This document shows, piece by piece, positions 1 to 13,354 of a stretch of 64,000 nucleotides of DNA. The position numbers were made by a program, and so were the translations under genes. How positions within the stretch are numbered: the stretch's first letter is position 1; each line of letters begins with the position of its first letter. This DNA is from Eledone cirrhosa (lineage: Eukaryota). The stretch is from positions 311,302,001-311,366,000 of the forward strand of contig OZ024741.1 in the NCBI GenBank assembly GCA_964016885.1, read 5' to 3'. The notes below the pieces were generated by a model, which saw only the letters and a list, made by a program, of their open reading frames with translations, was not told the origin of the DNA and made no database searches.

Positions 1-154
1 ATAATATATACATGGATGTTTAATTCAATTAAATGCAATGTTAAACACATTATGCAAGACACAAACCATACCATAATAAAAATAATCATATCCTACAAAA
101 TCTTACCATATTCTAACAGTTCCTACGATATGTATTTGCGACATTCTTCCATTT

Positions 155-156
<2 letters not shown>

Positions 157-250
<94 letters not shown>

Positions 251-259
251 CACACACAT

Positions 260-303
<44 letters not shown>

Positions 304-380
304 TATATATAATATAGTGTATATATATAATATACGATATAGTGTATATATATAAATGCATACACACATACATACATACA
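157..380. repeat. (CA)n / (TA)n compound microsatellite
   Basis: Direct reading: long acacac run followed by atatat runs. The ORFs called over it are low-complexity artefacts. Confidence 0.95.
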
Positions 381-950
381 TGGTGGTGGCTGCCAACTCG
401 GTTTCGAGTACGGCCACTACTTTATATCCATGTAGGAGAACCCCCACCGATGCGCTGAACGAGTGTGAGTTTTTAGTCCAGCCAGCGACTTGAAAATTCT
501 GGTACAAACACTACACTTGTGACAATTATTGACACATAGTGCTGGTCCCATGTTACCATGCGACGACAAGTGCAGAGAGATCTCCAGATATAAAGCAATA
601 TCTGTGTCGTAAAGCTTTTATAGTGAGCAAAGGCATTACACAAAGCCAGTCCCACTCTCTTAACCAAGATGATATTTACCAAAAAGAAGAACAAGTCAAC
701 ATCATTGGATACCATCAGGGTTGCAGGTGTTATATCAGAGTTTTCCTTCTCCTAGAATTCTGCCTTGACAAAGGCTAAGGGGTCATCTCTCCCGATGATT
801 TTGGATGGCCATTGACTCTTAAGAGCGACTTTGCCCTTTGACAGGTTTTGTTTCTAGTCCTGCAGGATGTCCAAAGTCACCCTCCTCACCAAGAAACCTT
901 GGTGGGGTTGCCAGTTTAGTCGCCAACGACCCGACCATGAGATAGGTTGT
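380..950 (-). mobile_element. Short non-autonomous RTE-related element (RTE-like 5' UTR joined to an RTE-like 3' end, no ORF)
   Basis: 698-795 (aacatcattgg...ccttctcctagaattctgccttgacaaaggctaagggg) resembles 24978-25095, which lies upstream of the RTE ORF in this window. 380-417 (tggtggtggctgccaactcggtttcgagtacggcca) resembles 15123-15158. It is bounded by (ACAT)n on both sides. Confidence 0.4.
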
Positions 951-1008
951 ACATACATACATACATACATACATACATACATACATACATACATACATAC
1001 ATACATAC
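951..1008. repeat. (ACAT)n microsatellite immediately 5' of the R4/Dong LINE
   Basis: Direct reading. Confidence 0.95.
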
Positions 1009-4000
1009 TTCAACATTTGCAAAAACTTCTTGCGATTCAAGGGATGAATATTTCTTTTCTTTTACAACCTTGCCACCAGGAAGGATGGCCGGGTAAAAAA
1101 AATCTACTCGAAATTAAGAGAAAGAGATAACTCATACATCAGTCAACGCGATCACTCGCATATTTTGGCGTGGGAGACTATTTATTAAATTTAAGATGAA
1201 TACTATCTCCGACAGTAATGCCACAACAACGGCCAGGTTGAATAACTGGTTATTCTTCTAACTATCCCTTCTGAAAACACATTTTATTCAAATTCATAGA
1301 GATATCCAACTAAATACATAATTCATTTTACAAGGATTTGCTACAAACAGCATGGCTGAACACAATATTAACAACAAAATTAAGCAATTATCGAAGATAA
1401 ATAACAAAGAAGGTAATCAAACTTTATTCAGTTGTAGCTACAGAAGAAACCGAAATTATAAATCATATTTCTCTTGGAGTTGTGAACTTAATAATGATTT
1501 ATTTAATTGTTATAAAATGGCAAAAAACAATCCCTCCATTGGCTATATGAATAGAATGAGACTACACTGGGACGAAATGCACCCAGAGCTAAATTATTTC
1601 ACAGCGAAACAATTAAGCCAACAAGCGACGTTTGTCGAACGTAAAAATAAGATAAATATTAATAATTGTATGTCCCCCACAACAAACATGGAAACAACAA
1701 CACGTGCTACAGATCGACATGCTACTAGCCCACCTAGCAGCCAGGTCGAACAGCGCCTTGAAACAACTATGCCTGTGAGAAACTTGACACCACCTGTACC
1801 ATCTAAGTCTACCTCGAATGCTGGGGAAAACACTATCGATAATAATAATAATTGAAGAAATAATAATAATAATCGGATAAATGTGACACAACGTATACCA
1901 CCCGAGTCTACCTCGACTGTTATGGAAAATACTATCGATAATGATAATCAAAAGTATAAACAATTGAAAATGTCCTTCAACGAAATCTTTCAGAGAGAAA
2001 TTAACTCATGTATAAATATCTCTCTGGCTGAACGTGTTAAAATGACAATGGTGAATAAAAAACAAATAATGAAATAATACGTGTTATTGACGAAATAGGA
2101 GATGAATATTTATGACGGATGAAAACCCCAACATATTGGCAAATCAACGCCTGTTCATATGCCTTAGCAACGACAGTGAAGCATTATCTTGGTGATAGCA
2201 GGGAGATTAACAAGAACAGAACACCACCAAAATACCATCATATATAACTAAAATAGAAAAAGAGATTGCTGTCCTACAAAACACAGGATATGTAACAATA
2301 CTCCTTACATGCAAACAAACACAAAAGAACCTCACTCCTCACCAACAAAGAGTGAAAAATAAAATAGAGACGATGTTTGGTAACAGTAGAACCAGAACTC
2401 TCCAATATAAGCTGATCACCCTCAAACAAGAATTGAGAGCTGTTAGCGAAAAACGCCGATACCTGAAGAAGATAGATGAGAGAAAAATGCTTAATAAAAG
2501 ATTCAGATGAAACCAAACATCAGTCTATAGAGATATGAAGGGCAAAATAATAAGTGTCACTGAGGCCCCATCCCAGAAAGACATAGATTCCTTTTGGAGA
2601 AAAATATGGGGTGAAAAGAAGAATTTCAACCAAGATGCAGTGTGGCTGAAAGAAATCTGAAAGAACTATTGCTCCTACACTACAACAAAAACATACGAAA
2701 TAAGTCAGGGTACCCTTGAGACTGTGATAGGAAAACTCCAAGATAAGAAAACACCAGGAAGAGAAATGATTGTCGGCTACTGGTACAAAAATCTGATATT
2801 CTATCGGAGGTATCTTACTGACCTCTACCAACAAGTTCTTAAGAGAGATAAACTTATACCAGAATGGTTGACATTAGCACAAACGTTACTGGTCTCCAAG
2901 AACAAAGACACCCACTTGGCAAAATACTACCGACCCATTGCATGCCAGAACATGATGTATAAGTTGTATACAGCCTGCTTGAACCTATTCCTCCAAGATC
3001 ACTGTGAAAATAATAACATCATCACAGATGAACAAGTAGCTGGAAAGAAAGGGGATTGGTTATGGGCTGAATAACTCCTAATCAACAAAACTGCGATGTC
3101 GGAGGTGCTACAACTTAGGAGGAATATAGCTACAGTCTGGCTGGACTACAGGAAATATTTCTATTCTGTTCCCCACTCTTGTAAGATAGAGGCTCTTCAA
3201 CTTGCTAAAGTCCCAGCCATTATTGTCAGAGCCATAGAGAGGATGTCTTCTTCTTGGGCTACTATCCTAATGTTAAAGACAGAGAGGGGGGACTCTATTT
3301 TCACTGATAAAATCAAATATTGCAGGGGTATATTACAGGGGGACAGTCTCTGTGTGATATTATTCATATTGTCATTAGACCCCTTGTCCTTTCTGCTCAA
3401 GAATAGTGAGGAATAGATCATTGGCCTAACTGTTTCACCGTATCTGATGAAGACTGCTACAGATACCTGGGGATAGATGACAACATATCCTATAATGGTA
3501 TCTGTAATAAAGAACGCGAAATCACGGAATACTACACCCGATTAAGAAGATCTGGTATCGGAACTCCCTGAACAAAACAAAACAGTGTCTCACAATGTGT
3601 TTGCTGTGTCTGTCCTAACACCAACGTTTGGAATATTCAATTGGACGATAGACGAAATCCGAGCAGTTGATATTGGAACTCGAAAAATTCTAAAATCATC
3701 GGAAACTTCTACATCAACAGTGACACAGACCGCCTTTACTTGAAACGTAAGCAGGGAGTCAGAGGCCTAACATCAGTCCAGACAACATTTGAATGTCGCA
3801 TCATATCTCTCCGACAACATCTACGAACCTCGAAGCGTAGGAACCCGTTTCTCAAGCAATTCTCTCTGCATGAAACAGATAAGAGCATGAGAGTTGGGAG
3901 GAAACTCCTCGAGATATATTCCCTGTGTGATAAACAAAAACTCACACCCAGGGAAGTCGCTAAGCAGTATCGCAATGAATCCATGGATGTGAAGCTGCAT

Positions 4001-5035
4001 ACTTTTCAGCAAAAAAAAAATGTTTGGATATGTTGCCAGGAAGCTCCAGAGTGAGAGTTATATAGATAAGGAATTAGTCTATCTTGGATCAACAACCGCT
4101 ATATTGACTTCCACTTTGAAGAATACGCTTTTGCAATCCAAGAACAGGAGATTCACACGAAATACCTGATTCACAAAAGAGATAGGGATGCAGGCAAAAC
4201 ACCTAGATGTGATAACAAGTGCAGACTATGCAGAACTAACATCGAGGATATCACCCATGTCATCAGCAGCTCTCCACAGATGTCATCGCGGTACTATCTA
4301 CCTATGAGGCATGATACAGTGGCCAAAACTCTGTACAATGCAGTTCGTAAAAAAGATAGCCCTGATAATAAACACATTAAAAGCTACAGCAATGTGGAAG
4401 ATATCCATGTACATAATATGAAAGAGTACTGGTGGAATGTTCCAGTAAAAACCCCAATAACATGAAGGGATAACAGACCAGATATTATGATATGGGACAG
4501 GGAGAAGAAAACATACACAGTAGTAGAAATTAGCTGCCCAGCAGGTGCCAATATAATATCAAACATTAGTGAAATGGAGAATATTTATGCAGAACTGATG
4601 AGAAATCTGCAGATACTCTACCCTGATTACACCTTCAGATTTTTGCCTGTGATTATTGAGGTACTGGGGTATGTTAGTAACTGCCTCAATACAAATCATC
4701 AGAAGCTAGACTTCACAGGAATATAAAGAACACAACTAGTTAGGAAATTACAAGTACAATCCATTAATGGAACAGTAAAAGTATGTAAAACATTCCAAAA
4801 ATTTTGCATCTAATAACTGCATATACACATGTACAGATGCAAATCATATACACATGCACACATTCAACTCAAAACATCCACATCCACACATACGATAACA
4901 CCCATATCTACACATGCATGCATACATATCTACCTAGTTGATGTTGTGTAAATTCCAATGAGAGAGTCATGTGTCTATGTTAGAAAACGACTCTCTTTAT
5001 TGGTAAAACTTTGTGAAATTATAAAACCAGAAGAA
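1009..5035 (+). mobile_element. R4/Dong-clade non-LTR retrotransposon (RT plus restriction-like endonuclease), near full length, degenerate
   Basis: N-terminal WSCELN..LF.CY..A......GYMNRMRLHW motif (1352-1855). RT motifs KTPGRE, YRPIAC, WLDYRK, GILQGDSL. CCHC-type C..C...E...H.....RHD segment around 4220-4320. RLE segment YWWN...RPDIMIWD...VVEISCP (4420-4540). Many stops and frameshifts; the catalytic xxDD region is deleted near 3420. Ends aaaaccagaagaa followed by catacatac. Confidence 0.85.
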
Positions 5036-5044
5036 CATACATAC

Positions 5045-7320
5045 AAGTGTTCAAGGGAGATACACTTATACCAGAATGGTTGACATTACCACAAACAATA
5101 CTGGTCGCCAAGAACAAATACACCCACCTGGCAAAAATCAACCGACCCATTGCATGCCAGACCCTGATGGATAAGGTGTATACAGCCTGCCTGAACCTAT
5201 TCTTCCAAGATGAAAATAATCACATCATCACAGATGAACAAGCAGCCGGAAAGAAATGGGTTTTGGGGTGTGTTGAACAATTCCTAAGCAACAAAACAGT
5301 GATGTAGGAGGTGCGACAACTTAGGAGGAATATGGCTACATTCTGGATGGACTACAGGAAAGCTTTCGATTCTGCTCCTTTTTCTTGGGCTACTATCCTA
5401 AAGTTAAAGACAGAGAAGGAGGACTCTATTTTCACTGATAAAATAGAATATCACAGAGGTATATTTCAAGAAGACAGTCTGTCTGTGATATTATTTATTC
5501 TGTCATTAAACCATTTGTCTTTTCTGCTCAAGATATGTGAAGGATACATCATTGGCTCACAGGACGACAGAAATGCGATCCTAACCAATAATTTCTTTGT
5601 GGATGGTCTGAAACTCTATGCCAAGAACATAGATGGAATGAAGAAAAATCTTGACCTGGTTACAACATTCTCAAAGGATATACGAATGGAGTTTGGTCAA
5701 GATAAATGTTCATATATGACGGTAAAGTAGGGAAAAACAACAACCCAATATAGCAACATTGACATCAATGGCCTAACTGTTTCACCTATATCTGATGAGG
5801 ACTGTTACAGATACCTGGTGATAGATAAGAACATGTCATATAATGGCATCTGTAATAAGGTACTTGTAACCAGGGAATATTACACCCGATTAAGTAACAT
5901 ATGGTCATCGGAACTCTCTGCGCACAATAAAATAGTGGCTCACAATGTGTTTACTGTGCCTGTCCCAACACCAGCGTTTCGAATACTCAACTGGACAATA
6001 GACGAAATCCAAGCAATTGATGTTAGCACTCGAAAAATACTAAACAACACCGGAAACGTCCACATCAACAGTCACATAGACTGCCTTTACCTGAAACGTA
6101 AGCAGGGAGGCAGAGGCCTAACATCAGTCCAGACAGCATTTGAATGTCGCATCATATATCCCTCCGACAACACCTACTAACCTCAAAGCGTAGGAGCCCG
6201 TCTCTCGAGCAAGTCTATCTGCATGAAACAGATAAGATCATGAGAGTTGGGAAGGATCTCCTCGAAAGATATTTCCTGTCTGATAAGGAGAAACTTACAC
6301 CCAGGGAAGTCGCTAAGCAGTATGGCAGTGAATCCATGGATGAAAAAGTGCATACTTATCAGCAGAAAATCATGCAAGGAAGCTGCAGAAGGAGAGTAAT
6401 ATAGATAAACAAAGTAGTCTATCTTGGACCAACAACCGCTATATTGGCTACCATTTTGAAGGATACGCTTTTGTAATCCAAGAACTGGAAATCAACACGA
6501 AAAGAGATAGGGATGCAGGCAAAAGACCTAGATGTGATAACAAGTACAGACTCTGCAGAATTAACATCGAAGATGTCACCCATCTCATAAGCAGCTGTCC
6601 AAAGAGGTCATCGCGTTACTATCTACCTATGAGGCAGATGTAGTGGCCAAAGCACTGTACAATGCAATCAGTAGAAAAGATAACCTCGATAATAAACACA
6701 ACAAAAGCTACACACAATGTGGACGACATACATATACATAATATGAAAGAGTACTTGTGGAATGTTCCTGTAAAAACCCCAGTAAAATGCAGGCACAACA
6801 GACCAGATATAATGATATGGGACAGGGAAAAGTAGGCAGGCGCAGTAGGGAAAGTTAGTTGCTCAGCAGATGCCAATATAATATGAAAGATTAGAAAAAA
6901 GGAGAAATCTGCTAATACTCCACCCTGATTATACCTTCAGATATATGCCTGTGATTATTGGGACACTGGGATATGTTAGTAACTGCCTCAATACAAATCT
7001 TGAGAAGCTGGTCTTCACAGGAACAGAAAGAAAACAACTAGTTAGGAAATTACAAGTACAATCCATTAAAGGAACAATAAAAATATGTAAAACTTTCCAA
7101 CAACATTGAATCTAATAACTGCATACACGCCTGTATAGGTACAAAGCCTATAGACATGCACACACATACAATAACATCCATACTTACACATGCATGCAGA
7201 CATGTATACATATTTACCTAGTTGATGTTGTGTAAATTGTCTAAAAGAGTCTTGTAACTATGTTAGAAACTGCCTCTCTCTCTATTGGCAAACATTTGTG
7301 AAATTATAAAACCAGAAGAA
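5045..7320 (+). mobile_element. Second, 5'-truncated R4/Dong-clade copy in tandem with the first
   Basis: Collinear with 2830-5035 (IPEWLTL, RPIACQ, MDYRKAFDS, TNNFFVDG, GGRGL, RPDIMIWD). Same 3' end gtgaaattataaaaccagaagaa followed by cata. Confidence 0.85.
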
Positions 7321-7974
7321 CATACATATATATATATATATCTAAACTATAATAAAATATGGCTGCGGGACTGCGTACGGTTTATTTCTTTTCATCCTGT
7401 TAGTAAAATAAGTTGGATTACTTTGAATAAATAATGAATGAATATTACATAATTTATGTCCTAAAAACATAAATAATTTAAAATTGACTTCTTTTCAAAT
7501 TTTCATTCACATTTCTACACTTTCTCTATAGCGTCGCCACCAACACTACTTCAACTACCATATATATAGAAAGAGAGAGTGTGTGATGAGAGAGATAGAG
7601 AGATTATGATATTCTACACGCTGACGCATATGAGTGTGCACATACATACATCTATATGCATGAGTATATAACTATTGAGAGTATATAATTATAATCGCGC
7701 AAACACAAACTTATGAAAAATACACGCTCACATGCATTCACACAAATACACATGCATTCACACATACTTTCACACAAACATACATACATTTACACATATA
7801 CATTTACACAAACACACACATACAATCATTATAGCAACGTTCGGTGAAATGGAAATGGGAGGGTAAAACCAGCATAACGTTTATTTATTCATTAAAACTT
7901 TACTTATTTATTAACTCTTTTTTTTTTAAAACTCATTTAATATAATGGTTACAGAACGAAAACACTAACAAATA

Positions 7975-8135
7975 CAATTTTTTCTACTTTTGGCAGTGTA
8001 TTACTTTATCGACCCCGTAAGAATGAAAGGCAAAGTTAACCTCGGTGGGAATTAAACTCATATCGTAAAGGGCCGTAACTCTATGCTGCAAAGCGTGGCA
8101 TCCGACCATCTACCGATACTACCAATCCACAACCC
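7975..8135 (-). mobile_element. Nin/Deu-domain tRNA-type SINE (partially deleted copy)
   Basis: Reverse complement of the family sequence at 20894-21085 (ttatcgaccccgtaagaatgaaaggcaaagttaacctcgg). Confidence 0.75.
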
Positions 8136-8139
8136 TTTT

Positions 8140-8325
8140 AATAATTGTTTCTACTTTTGGCACAAGGCCAGCAATTATCCCAGTGAATTACTGGTACTTT
8201 ATTTTATCGACCCCGTAAGGATGAAAGGCAAAGTTAACCTCGACGGAATTTGAACTGAGGCCGTAAAGGGATTAAACTATGCTGGAAAGCATGGCGTCCG
8301 ACCCACTACCGATACTGCCAATTCA
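8140..8325 (-). mobile_element. Nin/Deu-domain tRNA-type SINE
   Basis: Near-complete reverse-complement copy of 20894-21085, including the B-box region and the tgtgccaaaagtagaaacaatt tail. Confidence 0.8.
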
Positions 8326-8671
8326 ATATAATATATACAAAGTAAAGGGAAAGGAAAAAAAGAAAGAGAAAAATTACGCATGCACGTAATACACACATCT
8401 TAGACCACATAGAACAAAATGCAGGCGAAAGAGTGGGAAAAAATTAGCCGCTACCAGAGCAAAATATAGCATTATAGTGAGGAGCACTGGGAAACCACTC
8501 TAATAATTTTTGAGGCAGGCCACCACGCTCGCACCGTTACCTGTGGTGATGGCGACTGAGGTGCTGGAACATACAAGTGCCCTCACGAGTATCACCAGTT
8601 AATTCTGTTTGACGAGCCGCCAGTGTGAGATACGAATCTCGCTGTCAGTAGCCAGACTTCCCCAAAGGTCT

Positions 8672-8727
8672 CTTAATTCAGCCTCCTGCATTCCATCGAG
8701 TGATGGAATGCAGGAGGCTGAATTAAG
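8672..8727. repeat. Perfect 26-bp hairpin (4-nt loop) at the 5' junction of an RTE fragment
   Basis: cttaattcagcctcctgcattccatc / gagt / gatggaatgcaggaggctgaattaag. Confidence 0.95.
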
Positions 8728-9280
8728 TCCAAGAATTGCAAAAGCTGATGCAGTAATGCGCCAGCCTCAACTTTCAGCAATCAGATGAAGGGGGTAGGTG
8801 TAAAAGCCAAACTCGGTGCCTTCCTGGTATTCCTGCCCACTCTTACTGAGGATCATGAATCTTGAGTAATGACCAAAAGAATAGAATTGCAAATAAAGGT
8901 GGCAGAAATGGGATTCCTCCGAAGGGTCTTTGGAGTAACGTTAGTCAATAAAGTGTATAGCTCAGAGACCAGAGAGTCACTCCTGGTAGAGCCGCTACCT
9001 CTCCGAATTGGGAGAGCACAACTCCGATAATATGAGATTGTGATTAGAATGTCTCAGTAAAGAATCGCTGGGCACATTTTACAGGCAAAACCAACCGGCA
9101 AGAGACCCAGAGGTAGAACCTGAGCAAGATACATGGATAAGATCCCTGAGCTTGGCTGGTCACGCTTTGGGATCCAGCTGGATCGGTTAGAGTTGTTTGC
9201 TACTGACAGCTTCGCTGGAAGGAGTGTTTGAGAAGGACTCTGCCCCCACGACCCTCTCAGAAATAAGTGGGTGAAGAAGA
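8702..9280 (+). mobile_element. Degenerate 3' fragment of an RTE-clade LINE
   Basis: Translates in pieces as DGMQEAELSPRIAKADAVMRQ, AEMGFLRRV, VEPLPLRI...QLR, PTGKRPRGR, typical of the RTE C-terminus. Ends in gaagaagaaga. Confidence 0.65.
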
Positions 9281-9926
9281 AGATATTTTCAATTTACCTT
9301 TCAATTTACGTATATCTATATGCATATATATTTGCGTATAATACCAATATGCACACTACACATGCTAGCAGAAAACCGCACGTGGGGCGGTTTTTCTGCT
9401 GGTTTATATAATGTTAATATTAATATTATAAATATAATATTAATGGTATACTGATTCACTGAATTATCTAAACTATCGGAAAAACTACGGTAATTTCCCC
9501 ATAAAACAAAACAGGCCGAAAGTAAAAATATATCGCCATGTAATGCTGATACACAGAGGATTCGGAATATTTAGGTTTTTAAAATTACCGAGTATCAAAT
9601 CACGGTGTGGTAGCATGTTGTTTACTAATAAAACAGTTCACTTATATCGTTTTGTTAACTGAACATAAAATTTTACAACTTGTACTTTCCTCACATGCAT
9701 TTTTATTTTACAACTATTTAGTACTTATTTTCATGTTTTATATTTTATGCAAATAAACAACGGCAAGCATATCTACGGCTGGAGAGATGGTAATGCCTTA
9801 TTTTTGGTGTGTCGTCTCAATCGGCGTATATAGGCCTAAACCTGAATTACGAATCCGAATTTGATGGGTCGACCTATGCAGCGGGTCAACTTTTACACCA
9901 GCATATACGATATATATATATAAGTG

Positions 9927-9997
<71 letters not shown>

Positions 9998-10099
9998 TAT
10001 ATATGTACATATGTGTGTGTGTGGGGGGGGGGGGGTATGTATGTGTGTGTGTGTGTGTGTCTGTGTGTGTGTGTGTATAGTAAGTACGAAACAATTTTA

Positions 10100-10395
10100 T
10101 GATGATGTTCAACATATCATTAATTACATACAGATATCAATGATACGATCTCATACCAAATTTTAAGATTAAGCTGGTCTTGTGATAAACAAATACACTT
10201 GCATATTTATTGAATATTATATCGATCCTCTATAAAATATACATGGATTTTTATTTCAGTTAAAAGCAATGTTAAAAAATATTATGAAAGAAACAAACTA
10301 TATTATACGTAAAATAACATTTATAATCTTTCCAAATCTTATCATATTCTAACAGTTACAACGATATGTAATAACGACATTCTAACATTTAAATA
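10100..10395. repeat. Duplicated intron unit (copy B); related copies at 1-157 (A) and 11229-11520 (C)
   Basis: Collinear similarity among the three segments, e.g. atatcattaattacatacagatatcaatgatac, tcgatcctctataaaatatacatgga, and cttaccatattctaacagt...catttaaa. Confidence 0.85.
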
Positions 10396-10534
10396 AACAC
10401 ACACATAAACACACACACATATATATATATATATATAATATATAATATATAATGTATATATATAAATGCTTACATACACATACAAACATACATACATACA
10501 CACACACACACAAACACGTATGTATATATGTATG

Positions 10535-10616
<82 letters not shown>

Positions 10617-10817
10617 GAGGGAGAGAGAGAGAGAGAGAGTGAGAGAGAGAGAGAGAGAGAGTCAGAGACATAGAGAGAGAGATAATTAAAATGGTGGTTC
10701 TAACATAGCTTTATACATATGAGTATGTGTAGTTTGTATATCTAGCAATATGTGATATGTTTAGGTATAATAATAATAAATAAATATAGGGTTTAATCAC
10801 GTTTAATGTAGACATAA

Positions 10818-10914
10818 CTTCTACAGTACTAGAACTATTTCATTCAAAAGTAATCATCATAAAAGCCGATTACTGATGATTTCTTTGAAAGAAACTATTC
10901 TAGTACAGTAGAAG
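10818..10914. repeat. Imperfect ~42-bp inverted repeat with a hammerhead-core-like motif; a third arm copy at 38450-38492
   Basis: cttctacagtactagaactatttcattcaaaagtaatcatca ... tgatgatttctttgaaagaaactattctagtacagtagaag. Confidence 0.7.
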
Positions 10915-11074
10915 CAATTTATATATTAAACATCATATGTGCACACACACACACACATACACTCAGACACCACCCCTCCACCGTCACACACACAGACGCA
11001 CACGCAGACACAATTATATATGTATTTCTGTGCGTGTGTGTGTGTATGTGTATAATAAAAAGTATATGATATAC

Positions 11075-11209
11075 CTTTTTGGCAACTCTCACCAATATAA
11101 CCTGCAGCACATCCATCTGAACATCTTCCATCAATCATGTCACAGTTAGTATTGTCGAGACAATGGCATATCGAAATACAACCAAAACCAAACCTTCCGA
11201 CTGGGCAAT
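11075..11209 (-). CDS. Internal exon encoding one EGF-like/laminin-EGF-type repeat (MEGF10/MEGF6/SREC-like or receptor-PTP ectodomain protein)
   Basis: ttttag|AT TGC CCA ... CAA AAA G|gtat. 135 nt, symmetric phase 1-1. Encodes (D)CPVGRFGFGCISICHCLDNTNCDMIDGRCSDGCAAGYIGESCQK with the 8-Cys spacing of MEGF-type repeats. Confidence 0.85.
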
Positions 11210-11537
11210 CTAAAAATATCAATATATATGATAATGTTGAAGATATCATTAATTACATACAGATATCAATGATACAATTTGACATCAAATTTTAAGATTG
11301 AAGTGGTCTTGTGTTAAACAAATGAACTTGTATATTTATTGAATATTATTTCGATCCTCTATAAAATATACATGGAATTTTAGTTCAGTTAAATGCAATG
11401 TTTAAAACATTCTGAAACAAACAATATCATAAGTAAAATAACATATATAATCCTTCCAAATCTTACCATATTCTACCAGTGACTACGATATGTAATTGCG
11501 AGATTCTTACATTTAAATAAACACACACAAACACACA

Positions 11538-11674
<137 letters not shown>

Positions 11675-11728
11675 ATAAAATATTAAACAAATAATGATTA
11701 AACAATTCCTTATATTAAACAAAAAAAG

Positions 11729-11883
11729 TTCATTATTTAACGATCGTTTCTAGGATATATATGTGTTAGAATTGGTATGCATATTCAACAGATCTATGTA
11801 CAAAATTATACAAAATTATACAAATTATCAAGATTAAATATACATACCAAACACATATATACGCCGTCTTCAGAAATAATGAA
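11729..11883 (-). ncRNA. Type I hammerhead-ribozyme-like motif (mirror of 14611-14765)
   Basis: Reverse complement of the 14611-14765 motif. Confidence 0.55.
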
Positions 11884-12349
11884 GTATATTTATTGATAAT
11901 AACAACAATTCAAAATTTCAGTTCAAAATTGACTTTATTTTATTATTATTATGGTTTTTTTCCCTATTACTAAATTCAATTCCTAATATTGATACCATAA
12001 CGTTATTAACTTTAATTTAGTTATACTGTAATTAATAATCTACTACTGTTTAACTTCAAAATTCTGCTTCAAATATTATAAACCTAACTAATTTACACCT
12101 TAGAAATCAATATGTTGACTATCTTTGGTTTAGTTAACATATGATTAATGGTATACTTATTTATTTTGAGATGCATAGATTTTGCCTTAGTTCTTGTTTG
12201 CTGTATTTCCTAACACTGAAAATATGTAAGAACATACATTGGATAAAGATACGGAAAATATTTTATGTTTCTTGAAACATATATTTACTTTGATCCCCTT
12301 CTCCAAACCCCCCCTTTCCCCCATACTATTATCATCTGTATTTGTAAGC

Positions 12350-12844
12350 GTCTATGTATGAATATATATGTAGGTAGGTGTCTATATAGGTTTGGGTATT
12401 TATATCTAAATATAAAAATACATATATGCGCATGCAAATATGAATGTAAGATTGCGTGTGTATATATGAGTGTGTATATGTATGTATATATGTGTATATA
12501 TGCATTATATATGTATGTGTATGTGAATGTGTGTACGTATATGTGTATGTATGTGTATATATGTGTATATATGTGTATGCATGTATATATAGGAATATAT
12601 ATATGTATATATATATGTATATGTATATGCGTGTGTATGTATGTGTGTGTATGTGTGTTGTATATATATGTATGTCTCTCTATTTATATGTTTATCTTCG
12701 TATCTATGTGATATATGTGCGTGTGTGTGCATGTATGCATATGTATGTGTTTATGTGTATATGTGTGTGTGTGTGTATATATGTGTGTGTGCACGCACAC
12801 ACACATATATATATATGTGAGTGTGTATATGTGTCTGTGTATAT

Positions 12845-12905
<61 letters not shown>

Positions 12906-12995
12906 TGTCTATGTGTGAATATATGTCTATATTCGTATGTGTGTATTTATGTATGTATATGTTTATATGTATGTATCTATATGTATGTATGTATG

Positions 12996-13031
<36 letters not shown>

Positions 13032-13159
13032 TATATTATTCTTTATTATTATAATATAACTTATGTGTATGTGTGTATAAGTGAGATTGTGTATGTGTAT
13101 ATAATATGTGTATATATAAGTGTAAAAAAATATATATATATGTGCATGTCTGTTTTTTA

Positions 13160-13191
<32 letters not shown>

Positions 13192-13321
13192 CGTGTGTAT
13201 ATATATGTATATGTGGGTGTTTGTATGTGTATTTATGGTGGTATGAGTGTGTGGATATCTATGTGTATATATATATATATATATATATGTATGAGTGTAT
13301 GTGTGTGTATATATATATATA

Positions 13322-13354
<33 letters not shown>

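Noticed and set aside
101-157. Conserved block with a GTAAG donor-like site on the minus strand (also 11461-11517) as a possible mini-exon
   Set aside because: No good acceptor or pyrimidine tract, a stop in the phase-1 frame, and the donor is lost in copy B. Better explained as duplicated intron.
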